A model generated the notes under the pieces. That model saw nothing but the letters and a program-made list of their open reading frames with translations. It made no database searches and was not told where the DNA came from. The translations under genes and the position numbers were made by a program. Positions 1 to 11,019 of a stretch of 64,000 nt of DNA are shown here, piece after piece (position 1 is the stretch's first letter; the number at the start of each line of letters is the position of its first letter). The DNA comes from Naegleria gruberi (taxonomy: Eukaryota), in the NCBI GenBank assembly GCA_000004985.1, contig GG738900.1; one strand, given 5' to 3'.

Positions 1-186
1 ATAAATTTGGCGTATTCGGTGATATTTCATAAATTTCTGGCGTTCCAAAATTTACAGTTTTCGTCTTGGTATGCTCCCGAGCTGTTGTTGGTATTTCTAA
101 TGTTTGTTTAGTTTCGTTTTGTTTCGTTTCATCCAATATGATGATGTTTTCTTCGTCTGCATGTACGATTGCTGTACGTCGACGAG

Positions 187-474
187 TCATGGATGATTGC
201 TCCACATCTCGCCTTGTATTTGAAGATTCGTCCATATTATTTCAGTTTCTAATAGAGACGATTTTTTTAAAGTTTGTAATACACTTACATTTTCATTAGA
301 ATAGCATGCAAATGCTCCCAAAAGTGCATCCACAAGAACATTTTCTCTGACAGTAACGTTTTTTACCTCATGATAGGAACCTTTAATGTCAACTGTCAAG
401 CCATTTTCTTTCATTTTTGCCAAGTTGCAATGTAATTGGATATAATGCCGCACCATACAACAGGAAATGAACAA
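187..474 (-). CDS. Hypothetical protein fragment near the window edge. It has a possible internal ATG (MKENGLTVDIKGSYHEVKNVTVRENVLVDALLGAF...). No family recognised.
   Basis: 95-aa ORF on the minus strand with coding-like composition. A possible short GTAAGT intron lies inside it. There are no recognisable motifs. Confidence 0.2.
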   Translation of the reverse strand: MFISCCMVRHYIQLHCNLAKMKENGLTVDIKGSYHEVKNVTVRENVLVDALLGAFACYSNENVSVLQTLKKSSLLETEIIWTNLQIQGEMWSNHP

Positions 475-1130
475 ACATTAATAAAATTTACCTTACATTC
501 ATGAAAGTCACATTAGAAATCATTAGTTTACTTTAGTTTTGCAAGTAAAAGAAAAGTTTACAAAAAATTTTACAATTTATTAAAGTACATTCAAGGCAAT
601 AAACTCTTAAATAATTCGTTGCATTGGCCAAATACATAAACAACCCGGTTTTGACCTTTCGTCAGTGAAAAAACTCTTTCTTGACTATGAATCGTCCACT
701 TTCTAATTTTCATTCGAATAGCCTTCATTGGAAAGCAATCGAATTTGATGAGAAATGCATTTTACAATTTTCGCAGTATTTCAACTACAGTTTTTGAAAG
801 GTCCTGAAAAAAATACAAACTCTCAAAAAGAGAAAGATAATTCACCAAATAGAAATTTTTTTTTTATTTCTTTATTTGGTAACATTAGGTATGTGGATAA
901 TGAATTTATTCTAAACTTGTCGAATATTCATCAATTCTTTAATAATTTTTGAAATTCCATTTTCGAATCAAAAATGATTCATCAAATCAGAAAAGTATAT
1001 CGGGCGGAAAAGTAACACTGAACAACTGGTTGTAGTTACGGCTGCACTTGTAGACAACTCGAATATTCATCAATTTTACGCAAAATTATTTGCGTCCTTA
1101 TTAAAGCAAGCAAAAGCAAGGGAAGAAGAT

Positions 1131-2273
1131 TTGGATTTTGGCGGGAAAAATGTGGTTTGCTCACCTGTTTCTGTGGTTGTGGCCCTTTCGATGGTTTTGG
1201 TGGGTGCGAGTGGAAAAACATTTATAGAGATGGTGAGAGGCATGTTTGGAAGTGAATTGGAAGAGCAGGGATTGGATTACTTTGGAATCATTGAGAAAGA
1301 TGTCAAGCCAATGATGGAACAAATGATGAAGAGTTTCAATATTGAGAATGATGATGATTGTGGAACGACCCTTAGTATGGTGAATTCTATTTTCCTATCT
1401 GATCAATTTACGTTGTTAGAGAGCTATCACTCATTGGTCAATCAAACGTTTAATGCTAAAGTTGATTCGTGTGATTTTGTGAATAATCAAGAAGGAGAAA
1501 TTGCAAAGATTAATAAGTTTGTTTCAGATTTTACAAAGGGAATGATTCAAAACATTGTAGATTGTAATTTCATTCAGAAAACAACTCGAATTGTTTCACT
1601 GAATGGGATTTATTTTGCAGCTCAATGGAAAGATCAGTTTGATCCATCCGAAACTAAAAAGAAACCATTCTTCACTTGTGATGGCTCAGATTCCGTTTCA
1701 ATAGAAATGATGATCAAGAAGGATACAAGAGTTCTCTACGGTAATGATGATCCTGATGAGGATGAAAATCCTCAATATCACTGGATTAAACTTCCCTACA
1801 GAAGTGAACATTCAATGATAATCATCATGCCAATGGACAAAACTGAAGAAAATGATGTGTTTGACAAGTGGATTGTGGAAAAATTGGAAAGAATGTATTA
1901 CTTCTCAACTGAAAGTATTACCATGGACAGACTTTCACTTCCCAAAATGAAAATCAAGGAAAAGGTCAACCTGAACGATGTCTTTAAATCTGAACCATTC
2001 AATATGAAAAGCATGTTTTCAGAGAATGCCAACTTTGAAAGAATGATTCAAAATGATCATCTTCCAATCACTGATATTTTCCACGAATGTGTTATTGAAA
2101 TCAATGAAGAGGGAACCAAAGCGTCTGCCATCACTATCAAAGGAAGAGGAAAATCAGCTAAAAGCAAATTCTACTTTGATGTGAATCGACCTTTTGTAAT
2201 GCTCATTACAGAAAATTGCACTCAACAAGTTCTATTCATATCGAAAATTAACAATCTTTCCAGTAGTGAATAA
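1131..2273 (+). CDS. Serpin (serine protease inhibitor). The reading frame stays open upstream to about 978 without an in-frame ATG, so a 5' exon is probably missing.
   Basis: Serpin N-terminal core (NVVCSPVSVVVALSMVLVGASGKT), hinge EEGTKASAIT, and C-terminal FDVNRPFVMLI. The track start at 1131 is TTG, not ATG. Confidence 0.8.
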   Translation: MDFGGKNVVCSPVSVVVALSMVLVGASGKTFIEMVRGMFGSELEEQGLDYFGIIEKDVKPMMEQMMKSFNIENDDDCGTTLSMVNSIFLSDQFTLLESYHSLVNQTFNAKVDSCDFVNNQEGEIAKINKFVSDFTKGMIQNIVDCNFIQKTTRIVSLNGIYFAAQWKDQFDPSETKKKPFFTCDGSDSVSIEMMIKKDTRVLYGNDDPDEDENPQYHWIKLPYRSEHSMIIIMPMDKTEENDVFDKWIVEKLERMYYFSTESITMDRLSLPKMKIKEKVNLNDVFKSEPFNMKSMFSENANFERMIQNDHLPITDIFHECVIEINEEGTKASAITIKGRGKSAKSKFYFDVNRPFVMLITENCTQQVLFISKINNLSSSE

Positions 2274-2338
2274 TAACTAACACCAACAATTTTATTAATT
2301 GTTTCTTCAATTTTGTAACGATTACCAAGTTCCAAAAA

Positions 2339-3911
2339 ATGTTAACAAATCATCAGGCAAAAAGTTAGTTTTCTTCAATGTTGCGAATTTTTATAAGAAT
2401 AATAATAATTGCTTGTTTATGATCATTACCATCATCATGATGAACGAATACTGATACTAATAATAATAATAATAATAATTTAATTTTTATATTACTGAAT
2501 TGATTGATGAACAATTGATGAATAATTAATTATAGGGAAGGGAGAAAATAATTCCTTGTGCAACCGATCAAGATCGGGTCGTGAATTTGAAGGTTGTACA
2601 GTGAATCGTATCTTTGCAAGCTTTTCTCATACATTTTCCAGTACAAATCCAAAGTTTCAAGACAATTATACTCCTCTCGATCATAGTAAATATGAATTAT
2701 ACGAGTGGAAAATGTCGACCAATCAGCCACAAATTGTCATTAAGGAAGTTAGTACTGGAAAGGACTATATGACATTATTAACCATGGATGGTCGATTGTT
2801 GTTTATGGGACAAAATACATTTGCATTGGGTTCTGTATTGAGTGGAGAAAAGCTTCCTGATTATGTAACATGTCTGGAGGAGGCTTGTGTAAAGGTAGTC
2901 AGTGGGAGAGGTGATAATGGTGTAGGAGAAACCTTTTTAGAATTGGGTAAGAAGGAGACGAGGAATTTTCTTCATGTTGGAAGTGGAATGTACTTTATGG
3001 TAGTTCTTACGTCAGATTATAGATTGATTTCTTCTGGATCTAATGAGTGTGGACAGACAGGTGTTGGTCAAAATGCTAGTAGCATGGGAGGTTTTTCTGA
3101 ATGTGTTTTCAATAAGGATTTACAAGATTCAAAGAATGAAATATTGAGAGGAATTGTTAAAATTGCATGTGGATACCAACATTGTATGATATTGACTAGA
3201 GATGGAACAATGATTGGAACTGGGTGTTCCTACCAACGTCAATTAGGTCCAATTGAAAATGATATATCCTATGAATTTACAAAATTAGTATCTCCTGAAA
3301 CGACTACTCCAATAGTAGATATTCAATGTGGATACTTTAGTAGTTCATGTATTGACGCTAATGGAATGGTATATGTAGTTGGACAAGAGAGTTACACTCG
3401 ACTCGTCGCTGCAGAGAAATGGACCAAATTACAAACTTTTATTTATGATCCAGTTCAATACATGACAATGAGTTGTTCCAATTCATTCTTTCGAACAACA
3501 AGTGGATTAGTCTATCACAATTGGGGAAGTAATGATGACAATGAAAACAAACCATTTGAGAATTTGCAAAAATTAAGTGAGATACCTAATGTGGAATATA
3601 TATTTGGAAAGGAAAATTTCTTAGCTGTAACGGAATCTAAGGATATCTATCTCTCCACAAACTCTTCTTGTTCTGGAATTATTAAACCACCAACATCTGA
3701 TACTCGTTGGTTTGAATACAATGGCCTCAAACAACACATTCCTAAAAATGGAAGATATCAACTATTCATCGCCGATGCATTCAGCTTTTACATGTACTTT
3801 ATTCTATCCTCCAATAAGGAAGGTCACTTGAAGGATAATCTGAAAATTACACTCCAAAAAGGACAAACAGATTTTGAAAAGAATTATTTCATGGACATTA
3901 TCATCAAGTAG
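2339..3911 (+). CDS. RCC1-like repeat (beta-propeller) protein, paralogue A. Structure is join(2339..2363,2536..3911).
   Basis: RCC1-type repeats (IACGYQHCMILTRDG, GTGCSYQRQLG, SSGSNECGQTGVGQ). ATG at 2339, then a 25-nt first exon (MLTNHQAK), GTTAGT donor, AG acceptor at 2535 and a phase-1 junction. About 35% identity with the gene at 36230-37651 over the full length. Confidence 0.7.
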
Positions 3912-4116
3912 TAATCATACGAATTATTATACTTGTAAATATTAAACTTGTTAAAGATCATCCTTCACCATATATGATTACTACTACTTCAAAACCAAGT
4001 ACAGACCTCATGACCATATACCATCACATTTACAAATAAATTCAGTGAAAATCCTGCAACTGTAACTCTTTAAAAAAAAACGGCGCACTATTTTTTGTGA
4101 ATATTTTAAAAAAAAA

Positions 4117-4722
4117 ATGAAAAATTCCTTTACTGCCTCCGTCGTGATGACCATTTTCATGGTTGTTGTGTTGATGAGTTTATTGGCGCTTGATGTTGTT
4201 GAAGGTATTATGGAATCTCGTGTTCGTTTAATTGACTCCAACTCACAATTAAATCGTTTCCTCTTCCGTGGTAATACTCCAATTGAACATGGAAATTTTG
4301 CGATTGGAAAGTTGAGAGATTTAGTCAGAGAGGTTGGAAAGAATAATAATGTTCAAGTGCCTGATGAATTCTATTTGATTGATGTATCATTCTTGAATAT
4401 GTTTGAAGAAGATTTGAAGGATGAAACAGAATATTTCAAAGCTAATCCACATATTGGTGAATTGGTTCATTGGACTATTATTGGTAATCCAATCAATGGT
4501 ACTGATTTACCTGAATGGTTGAGAAAGGATCTTGCTATTTATGAAAAGAAATGGGATAGAGAAGATAAATTGATCGATAGAGTCGATCAGCTCTATAACT
4601 GGATTCACACTCAAGATAGCATTCATAATTTGAATCAAGATGCTCAATCTGCCAAAGCTTTGGTTTTCTACATCCATTGTGAGGCTGGAATGGATAGGTA
4701 TGTAGAGTTTCATATTATTTAA
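4117..4722 (+). CDS. Secreted PTP-superfamily phosphatase with an HCxxGxxR P-loop; possibly the PTP-like phytase family. A 3' exon probably lies at about 4786-4942 and ends at the TGA at 4940.
   Basis: N-terminal signal peptide (MKNSFTASVVMTIFMVVVLMSLLA). CX5R catalytic motif IHCEAGMDR at the end of the ORF, followed by a GTATGT donor. The downstream frame WTYMQTLEYDYHVENRPIEF...SRNK* looks coding. The exact splice was not resolved. Confidence 0.55.
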   Translation: MKNSFTASVVMTIFMVVVLMSLLALDVVEGIMESRVRLIDSNSQLNRFLFRGNTPIEHGNFAIGKLRDLVREVGKNNNVQVPDEFYLIDVSFLNMFEEDLKDETEYFKANPHIGELVHWTIIGNPINGTDLPEWLRKDLAIYEKKWDREDKLIDRVDQLYNWIHTQDSIHNLNQDAQSAKALVFYIHCEAGMDRYVEFHII

Positions 4723-4985
4723 AGTTGTTAACAAGTGGAATAGAACTGGTGAAGTTTCAGGTTCATATTATTTAAAGTATAACAAGTGGACATATATGCA
4801 GACTTTGGAATATGATTATCATGTCGAAAATAGACCAATTGAGTTCATGTCACAAAATGCATTGAACTGGTTCTGTTGGCATCAATTTTACACTCTTGGT
4901 TATCCAACTGATTGTAACTTGTCACCAAGCAGAAACAAATGAATTTAATTTTTTGTGTCAATTTTGTTTATTAATATGAGGAGGA

Positions 4986-5606
4986 TTATTCAAGACTTTG
5001 AATCAGATCATAATGTTGTTTCTTTTCATCGTAGGATAACCAAACTTCCTTATTCACATTTTTCACATGTTCTGGATTGACTTCAATCACTTCAGATTGA
5101 ATAATCTTCCCAGAGACAATCAAAATTCTAAAGGCAACATTCGGATACACTCTACTAGCTGCCACAACACTTGTAAAATCACCAAAAGTTCCACTCTTAC
5201 TCAAACTATTCAAATATTCATCAAAACTTTGTCCTTCCTCAACAAATAGAGCATGTTTCAACTCTAATCCATCAATTTTAGTTTCCAAATTATTTCGCAT
5301 CCAACCAACAATTTCCTCTCTCAATTTTTGATGATTCTTTCCATTATTAATTCCTTTCGAAAGACTATCATAGAGACAATTGCCATCCGATACGGAGGGA
5401 ATAATTTTGAAATGATCAGTTAGTAATTTTCCTCGGAGTGATGATGATGATGAAATATTGTTATCAGCAAAAGAAAATCTTGATGCAGAGAAATTACGCA
5501 AATAATTAATTTTTCTATTATTACTTGAAAAATTGGTGAATTGTTTTCTGCTTATAGATTTAATCATTTTTTTTTGATTTTTAAAAATTGTAATGGAATT
5601 GAGCAT
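4986..5606 (-). CDS. OTU-domain cysteine protease (deubiquitinase-like).
   Basis: True ATG at 5604-5606 (minus strand). OTU catalytic motif SDGNCLYDSL and a C-terminal His region (KKQHYDLI). N-terminus is Asn/Ser-rich. Confidence 0.75.
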   Translation of the reverse strand: MLNSITIFKNQKKMIKSISRKQFTNFSSNNRKINYLRNFSASRFSFADNNISSSSSLRGKLLTDHFKIIPSVSDGNCLYDSLSKGINNGKNHQKLREEIVGWMRNNLETKIDGLELKHALFVEEGQSFDEYLNSLSKSGTFGDFTSVVAASRVYPNVAFRILIVSGKIIQSEVIEVNPEHVKNVNKEVWLSYDEKKQHYDLIQSLE

Positions 5607-5646
5607 ATTTGGTAATTGTTAATAAATTGTTAATAATAAATTCATT

Positions 5647-7209
5647 TTACTGTATTCCAGCAAGTTGTTTCAATGTAGCATCATTGATTCCCTCCTTTCG
5701 AATATCTTCTCTGCATTTCATATCGGTGGCTGATAAGTTCCATAAGGATTTGGCTGCGAATGAGCTCACTTGCTTATCCTTTCCATTGGCAAATCGAATT
5801 AGTTGTGGAACAATTGCATGAGAGAGGAGAATCTTTTGATTTTCTGCATTCTTGGTCATGTTAAATAAGGCAGCATTATACGATTCCAAATTTGGTTGTG
5901 GAATTGGACATGGAGATTTGGAAAACCATTCAGCAATGAGTTTTACAAAACCACTCTCTCTAAATGCCTCAATATTTTCTCTCATATTGGTCAATTTGAC
6001 CAACAAACTTGTGGCCATATTGAAACAAGATGGTTTTTGAGAGGCAATGCTAATTTCATCTCTCAAAAAATTGGTCAAAATAATTAAACCTCCCTTAGAT
6101 TGTGAAAATTCGAGGCACATTTCTGGACTAGCATAGCATAGGGAAACTACTGAGGAGAGGACATGTTCGAGAGCTGTCTTGTTTTTTGAAGAGAACTTTT
6201 TGAAGGCCGACACCAAATTGGACATGATGAATGTGTGTTCGTGGAGTTGAGCGGAAATTTCTGGATTTTGGACAATGTTTCCAACTGCTCCTGCAGCACT
6301 TTGAGCAATTGAATCAACTGCATGAGTGAGGAAATTGCTTACCACTTTCAATGCCCTAACAAGTTGAATTTCAGAACATTGTCCCTTCTTTTCACATACA
6401 AATGAGAGTGACATTAGACAGTTAGCAAGTCATTCATTATTTTCACTGTTTGGATTCTCTAAAACGGAAACCATCTTTTCCACAAATCCTTCCTTTACCA
6501 ATAATTTCTGAATGGAACCACTCTCATCATCACTGACAATTAAATTGTAAACACAAAAGACAGTTTTCGATCTGATTTGTTCCAATTGTGTTAAATCTAT
6601 TTGTTTCACTAAAATCCTGAGAAGTGATTGATCATTGGCTGAGTTTTGTAATTTCTGAGCCATGTATTTTCCAGTGGTTGCACTTGTAGAGCTAGTTGTG
6701 GTGGAATTTGAACTTGCTTTTACAATTTTTGTAATAAATGTTGGTTCCAAACTCAGGAATGAAATCAGTGATAACACATTTCGTTTCATTTCTTCTGTAA
6801 ATTTGGCATCTTTCAATATTTCTGAAAAAACTTTGATTGAATTTTCCTGATTGACCATTTCTTTTCGTATTGAGGCATCATTATCCTCACATAAATTAAC
6901 CAATGCACCAATTCCATACTCTATAATCGCCAACTCACTTGAATGATTCTCCAAAACCTTGAAAATCATTGAAATTCCACTCTTAATTTCATTTCTACAT
7001 TTATCCAACGTTGCCAAATTCAGTAAAATTCCCAAAACATTCTTTACAATTCTCTTATCATTCTGTTGATCATTTAATAATGAAATTATTATCGGAATCC
7101 CTCCCAATCTATGAATTTCAAACAAATTGGCATCTTCACTTGTCATGTTAAAAACATCTCCAATGGCGGACAATTTAACTAACGAATTTCCTGTTTTGAT
7201 CTTGTTCAA
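5647..7209 (-). CDS. Armadillo (ARM)-repeat protein. The two ORFs 6430..7209 and 5647..6414 are in the same frame and are separated only by an in-frame TGA at 6430-6432. A probable 5' micro-exon (MSNMSR) lies at about 7290-7307.
   Basis: ARM/HEAT-like repeats on both sides (GGIPIIISLLND..., LVNLCEDNDASIRKEMV, QLIRFANGKDKQVSSFAAKSLWNLS). No canonical intron removes the TGA. Confidence 0.6.
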
Positions 7210-7494
7210 TAATTGACCTAAATCTTGTGGTTGGGAAGGAGTAGCTTGTGCTGTGAAAAGTTGGTGTTGTGATCTAATAAAACCGCACAGAAAAAGTACC
7301 TACTCATGTTTGACATTTTTTTTTAATATTTATTTTGAATAGTGACATGACAACCATTACAAATCATCACATTATTGACTTCCTTTTAGAGACATTATGC
7401 AGTAGTATTTACAGTTTTTCACCTTCACAATTCTTCATCATTTTCAACTTCCTTACAAAATTTTAAATATTGAATTTAATCTTTACAAAAAAAA

Positions 7495-8682
7495 ATGTCT
7501 CAACATCAAGATGATGAATTTACAGAACAAGATACCGTTCCGGATTGCTCTTTAGAATCCCTCTCCATTGTCTTTAATTATGATCAATTAATAAAAGATC
7601 GGAGTAAGATGCACAAAATAACCAGAAAATCAAACTCTAAATTTAATAATAATAATAATCGTGATGATCATGATGATCGTGATGATAACAATTCGAGTAA
7701 TGGAGAGAATCATTCTGATGAAACGTACTATGTTGGTGCTTCCAATAATTTTGTTCGTGTTTTTACGTTGAATGGAAGAAAATACTGGATAGCCCAAGCC
7801 TTGTGTTATCATAGAGCACCCGATATGAAGATTCACTTCTCTGTAAAGAGGAAGGATGTCCCGAAGGCTTTTAATGTGATTGGAAAGTACTTTTTCGAGA
7901 GTGGTATGAAATTTGGAATGAAATCTATAATGATTGATGAAGAGACTGAGGTGAAGAGCAAGAATTCTGGAAAGTTGGATTTGAATTGGAATACGGAGGG
8001 TGGAAGAGAAGGTAATGATCGATCATTTACATTGGAATGGCCTGATTCAATGAGAGGTAGAGAGATTACAGTGTATATTTACAGATATTTTCACATGGAT
8101 CAAATGAAATCGGTTTGCGAGTATGATTGTAATGATCATGAATGGATGAAGGAATATTCAATTTTTGACAAGGGAGGAAAGTATGATTGTGATCAATTTA
8201 CAGAACTCGATTCGAAACCCTTCCAACAATTTGAATTGGTGCCAGAGATGGAAGAACCTTTGAGAATGTTTAGGAAATGGATTAGACACGTTGAATACTT
8301 GTTGGAGAAGGAGAATATTGAACCAAATGGATGCGCAGATGGTGATTTACCACTCGGTGGAAAGTATGCTTCATTCAGAAATGAAACATTCATTCCAATA
8401 ATGAATGCACACGTAGAAGAGCCAATTTTGCATAATTCTACACAACAGAAGGAAGCTGTAACATCTAATAACGATTCGAAAAGTGTTAATGACATGTTCT
8501 TTTATCCTCCCAATTTCACAGGATGGAATGCAGCCAACAATCCACAAGCCATTACAATGTATAACAATCTCCATCTAACAAGAAATGCATCTTGGGATCA
8601 TTTCCTGGATCATCTTCCATTAATTTCCATTGTACTAGCACCAATAATTATTGGTCTATTATTCGCCAACCAGACTCCATAA
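7495..8682 (+). CDS. Hypothetical protein of 395 aa with a single C-terminal transmembrane segment (tail-anchored topology). Family not recognised.
   Basis: ATG at 7495 in an A-rich context. Asn/Asp-rich N-terminus and a C-terminal hydrophobic helix LPLISIVLAPIIIGLLF followed by ANQTP. Confidence 0.5.
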   Translation: MSQHQDDEFTEQDTVPDCSLESLSIVFNYDQLIKDRSKMHKITRKSNSKFNNNNNRDDHDDRDDNNSSNGENHSDETYYVGASNNFVRVFTLNGRKYWIAQALCYHRAPDMKIHFSVKRKDVPKAFNVIGKYFFESGMKFGMKSIMIDEETEVKSKNSGKLDLNWNTEGGREGNDRSFTLEWPDSMRGREITVYIYRYFHMDQMKSVCEYDCNDHEWMKEYSIFDKGGKYDCDQFTELDSKPFQQFELVPEMEEPLRMFRKWIRHVEYLLEKENIEPNGCADGDLPLGGKYASFRNETFIPIMNAHVEEPILHNSTQQKEAVTSNNDSKSVNDMFFYPPNFTGWNAANNPQAITMYNNLHLTRNASWDHFLDHLPLISIVLAPIIIGLLFANQTP

Positions 8683-8941
8683 ATATATTGGATCTCAATC
8701 TCTAATTTTTTGAGAAGATATTTTTAAGGGGTATTAATCAGTTTTTTCATATTATAATAATAGTAGGACGATATTTAAATGTATTAGATATTGATTGTAA
8801 TATTTCGATCAATTTTCCAATTGTTTAGCCATTAATCTTCCAACTAAAGACATTTTGAAATTTGGTCACCCAATTTGGAAGGAATCTTTGTGAGAATTTA
8901 CTTGGGTTGACCTGTCAGTGGCATTAGATAAATCAAAAAAA

Positions 8942-9870
8942 ATGGTCTTCTCATCCAAGATATCCATCACTGGTTTAGGCGCTCCATCACTCACAGAAAT
9001 ACCAATCAACCGATGGACGACAGAGAATGTAAAACAATGGCTTTCGGAAGAAGGTCTCGATAAGAAAGTGGTAAAAGGTAAATTAATAATTTTTAACTAT
9101 TCGAAACAATTTATTCTAATTTTAACTATTCGAAAGTATTTAAAAAGAAGAATGTTACAGGTGCCATGCTCATCGATCAAAGTCAAAGTGATTTGTCGAC
9201 ACTTGGCGTGCCTGACAAGTATTGTGAAGCAGTTTATCATAAAATCCAACAAGTTAAACATCGACAAGTAAAATCAGGAATTTTACTTCCACCAGAAAGT
9301 GGCATGACCATTGTACAGAAACCAACATCTTCAGAATCAAACTTTGGAGATCGATTGACCATTTCAGGAGCAAGTACTGAAATAATTATCACACCATCAT
9401 CGTCAGCTCAAGAAGTTTATGATGATGAAGGAGTAGCCAAGACACCTCCTAGAAAGACAACCACCACCAGTAGTGCCATTAATATTAATAGACAAGGGAT
9501 GGCAGGAGGAGATGAACAATTGGTGGATAATACATATTTTAAGAAGAGTACATTTGATGAAATTCATTCATTTTTGCAAGAACATGATAGAGCAAGGGAG
9601 ATGGAACCACTTACACCTGAAAAGAAAAAACCGATTGATGTGGTGTTTGATGAGACCAAGTTTAAAAAGGAATATTTGATTAGTGACTCGGATTTAAAGC
9701 AATTGACGTTTGGCAAGGACCAAACAGTTCAAGAAATGGAGAATGAACAAAAATTTATTCTGGATTTGGAAACTGGATTGTTAGTGTTGAAAGCTAGTAA
9801 GAAGGAAAGATGTAAAGATATTCCATTGTGGACGAATGAGTTTTCTGAAAAGCAAACCGAAAGTATGTAG
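8942..9870 (+). CDS. SAM (sterile alpha motif) domain protein. Structure is join(8942..9077,9161..9870).
   Basis: ATG at 8942. SAM-like sequence WTTENVKQWLSEEGLDKKVVKG joined across a GTAAAT..TTACAG intron (phase 1) to AMLIDQSQSDLSTLGVPDKYCEAVYHKIQ. Rest of the protein is Ser/Thr-rich with a charged C-terminus. Confidence 0.6.
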
Positions 9871-11007
9871 TTTATTGAATTTTATTCGAAACTTGCAAGT
9901 GTTTGCATTCTGCCATAAAAAGTTGGAATTTTTAATCCCAAGAATTGGAGAGGATAAAGTGACAACCATTGTTCAAGATTTGATATTCCCTGAAAGATTC
10001 AGATACAAGTACCTGAATCCTCTTAAAATGCAAAAAGCAAAGAGAGGATCAATCTTTGGAGAAGATCCATGCACTCTGAAAGTGAAATTGGTGATTGCAG
10101 AAATTAGTGATGGAACTGTTCATGCAAGAGTGAGAAAATTTGGTGGTGCTCATGCAGATCCAGCTCGTCAATATGGAGTTGTAAGTCTTTCTAATTTGTT
10201 TTTATTTGAAAAATGATTAATGTTTAATTGTAATTTATCATCGAAACTATTCCAATATAATAGTATTCAAGTGGATTAATGTTTGGACCTTGGTATATTG
10301 CATGGGATGAGAATTCAATTGCCACTGTGAGAAATGCTCTTCCAAAGGCAGCCATCTCTCTCAATCTTACTACTATAAAGGGAAAGCATAATGTTGGACA
10401 TTTGCTTGGAAAATTGTGTTCTATCACTTCTCACTACAATTACTCCAAGACTTTTGATTTTAAGTCATGTAATTCTCAGACATTTGTTGAGAGTGTCATT
10501 TCATATTTGGAATTGAAGAATGAATATGAAGAATCCATACCTAAGGGACCAGTCAGAAATTTACTTGGAGTTATTAGAAAGAAGGGAGTTGCTGGAATGC
10601 ACTATTCTGTTGAACATGATGAGAAGATGCTTTTAGTTTCAACAGATTGCAATACTGATTTGAAAATGGAAGTTTTATCCAAGACGAGTATAACATTCTC
10701 TTCACATTCAGATTTGGATGAATTTGTATTGTGTGTTAATCATGCCAATCCAGAATATTTCAAAACTGAACCAGGCTTACAAAATTTACAATTACTTTGT
10801 TTATTTGATCAATCATTCTCTGGCTCAAATGTTCACAATAGAGACAAGCCTTTTGCTTATAAGACACCTTTTGGAGAGGAAGTAAAATGTCCTTTCAGAG
10901 CTTTCGGTTTCTGCAAGCACCAATACGAAACCTTTCAACCAAAGAAGGGAATTGACTATGATTTCTACTCATTGGAGTGGCCACAACCTGTTTTCAAAAA
11001 GAAATAA
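9836..11007 (+). CDS. Hypothetical protein with at least two exons, join(9836..10190,10264..11007). It may be a frame-shifted or spliced continuation of the SAM gene, because its ATG overlaps the SAM gene stop by 33 nt.
   Basis: GTAAGT donor at 10191 and ATAG acceptor at 10263, phase 0, joining ...ARQYGV to YSSGLMFGPWYIAWDEN... Composition is coding-like. No known domain recognised. Confidence 0.4.
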
Positions 11008-11019
11008 ATCATCATTTTC

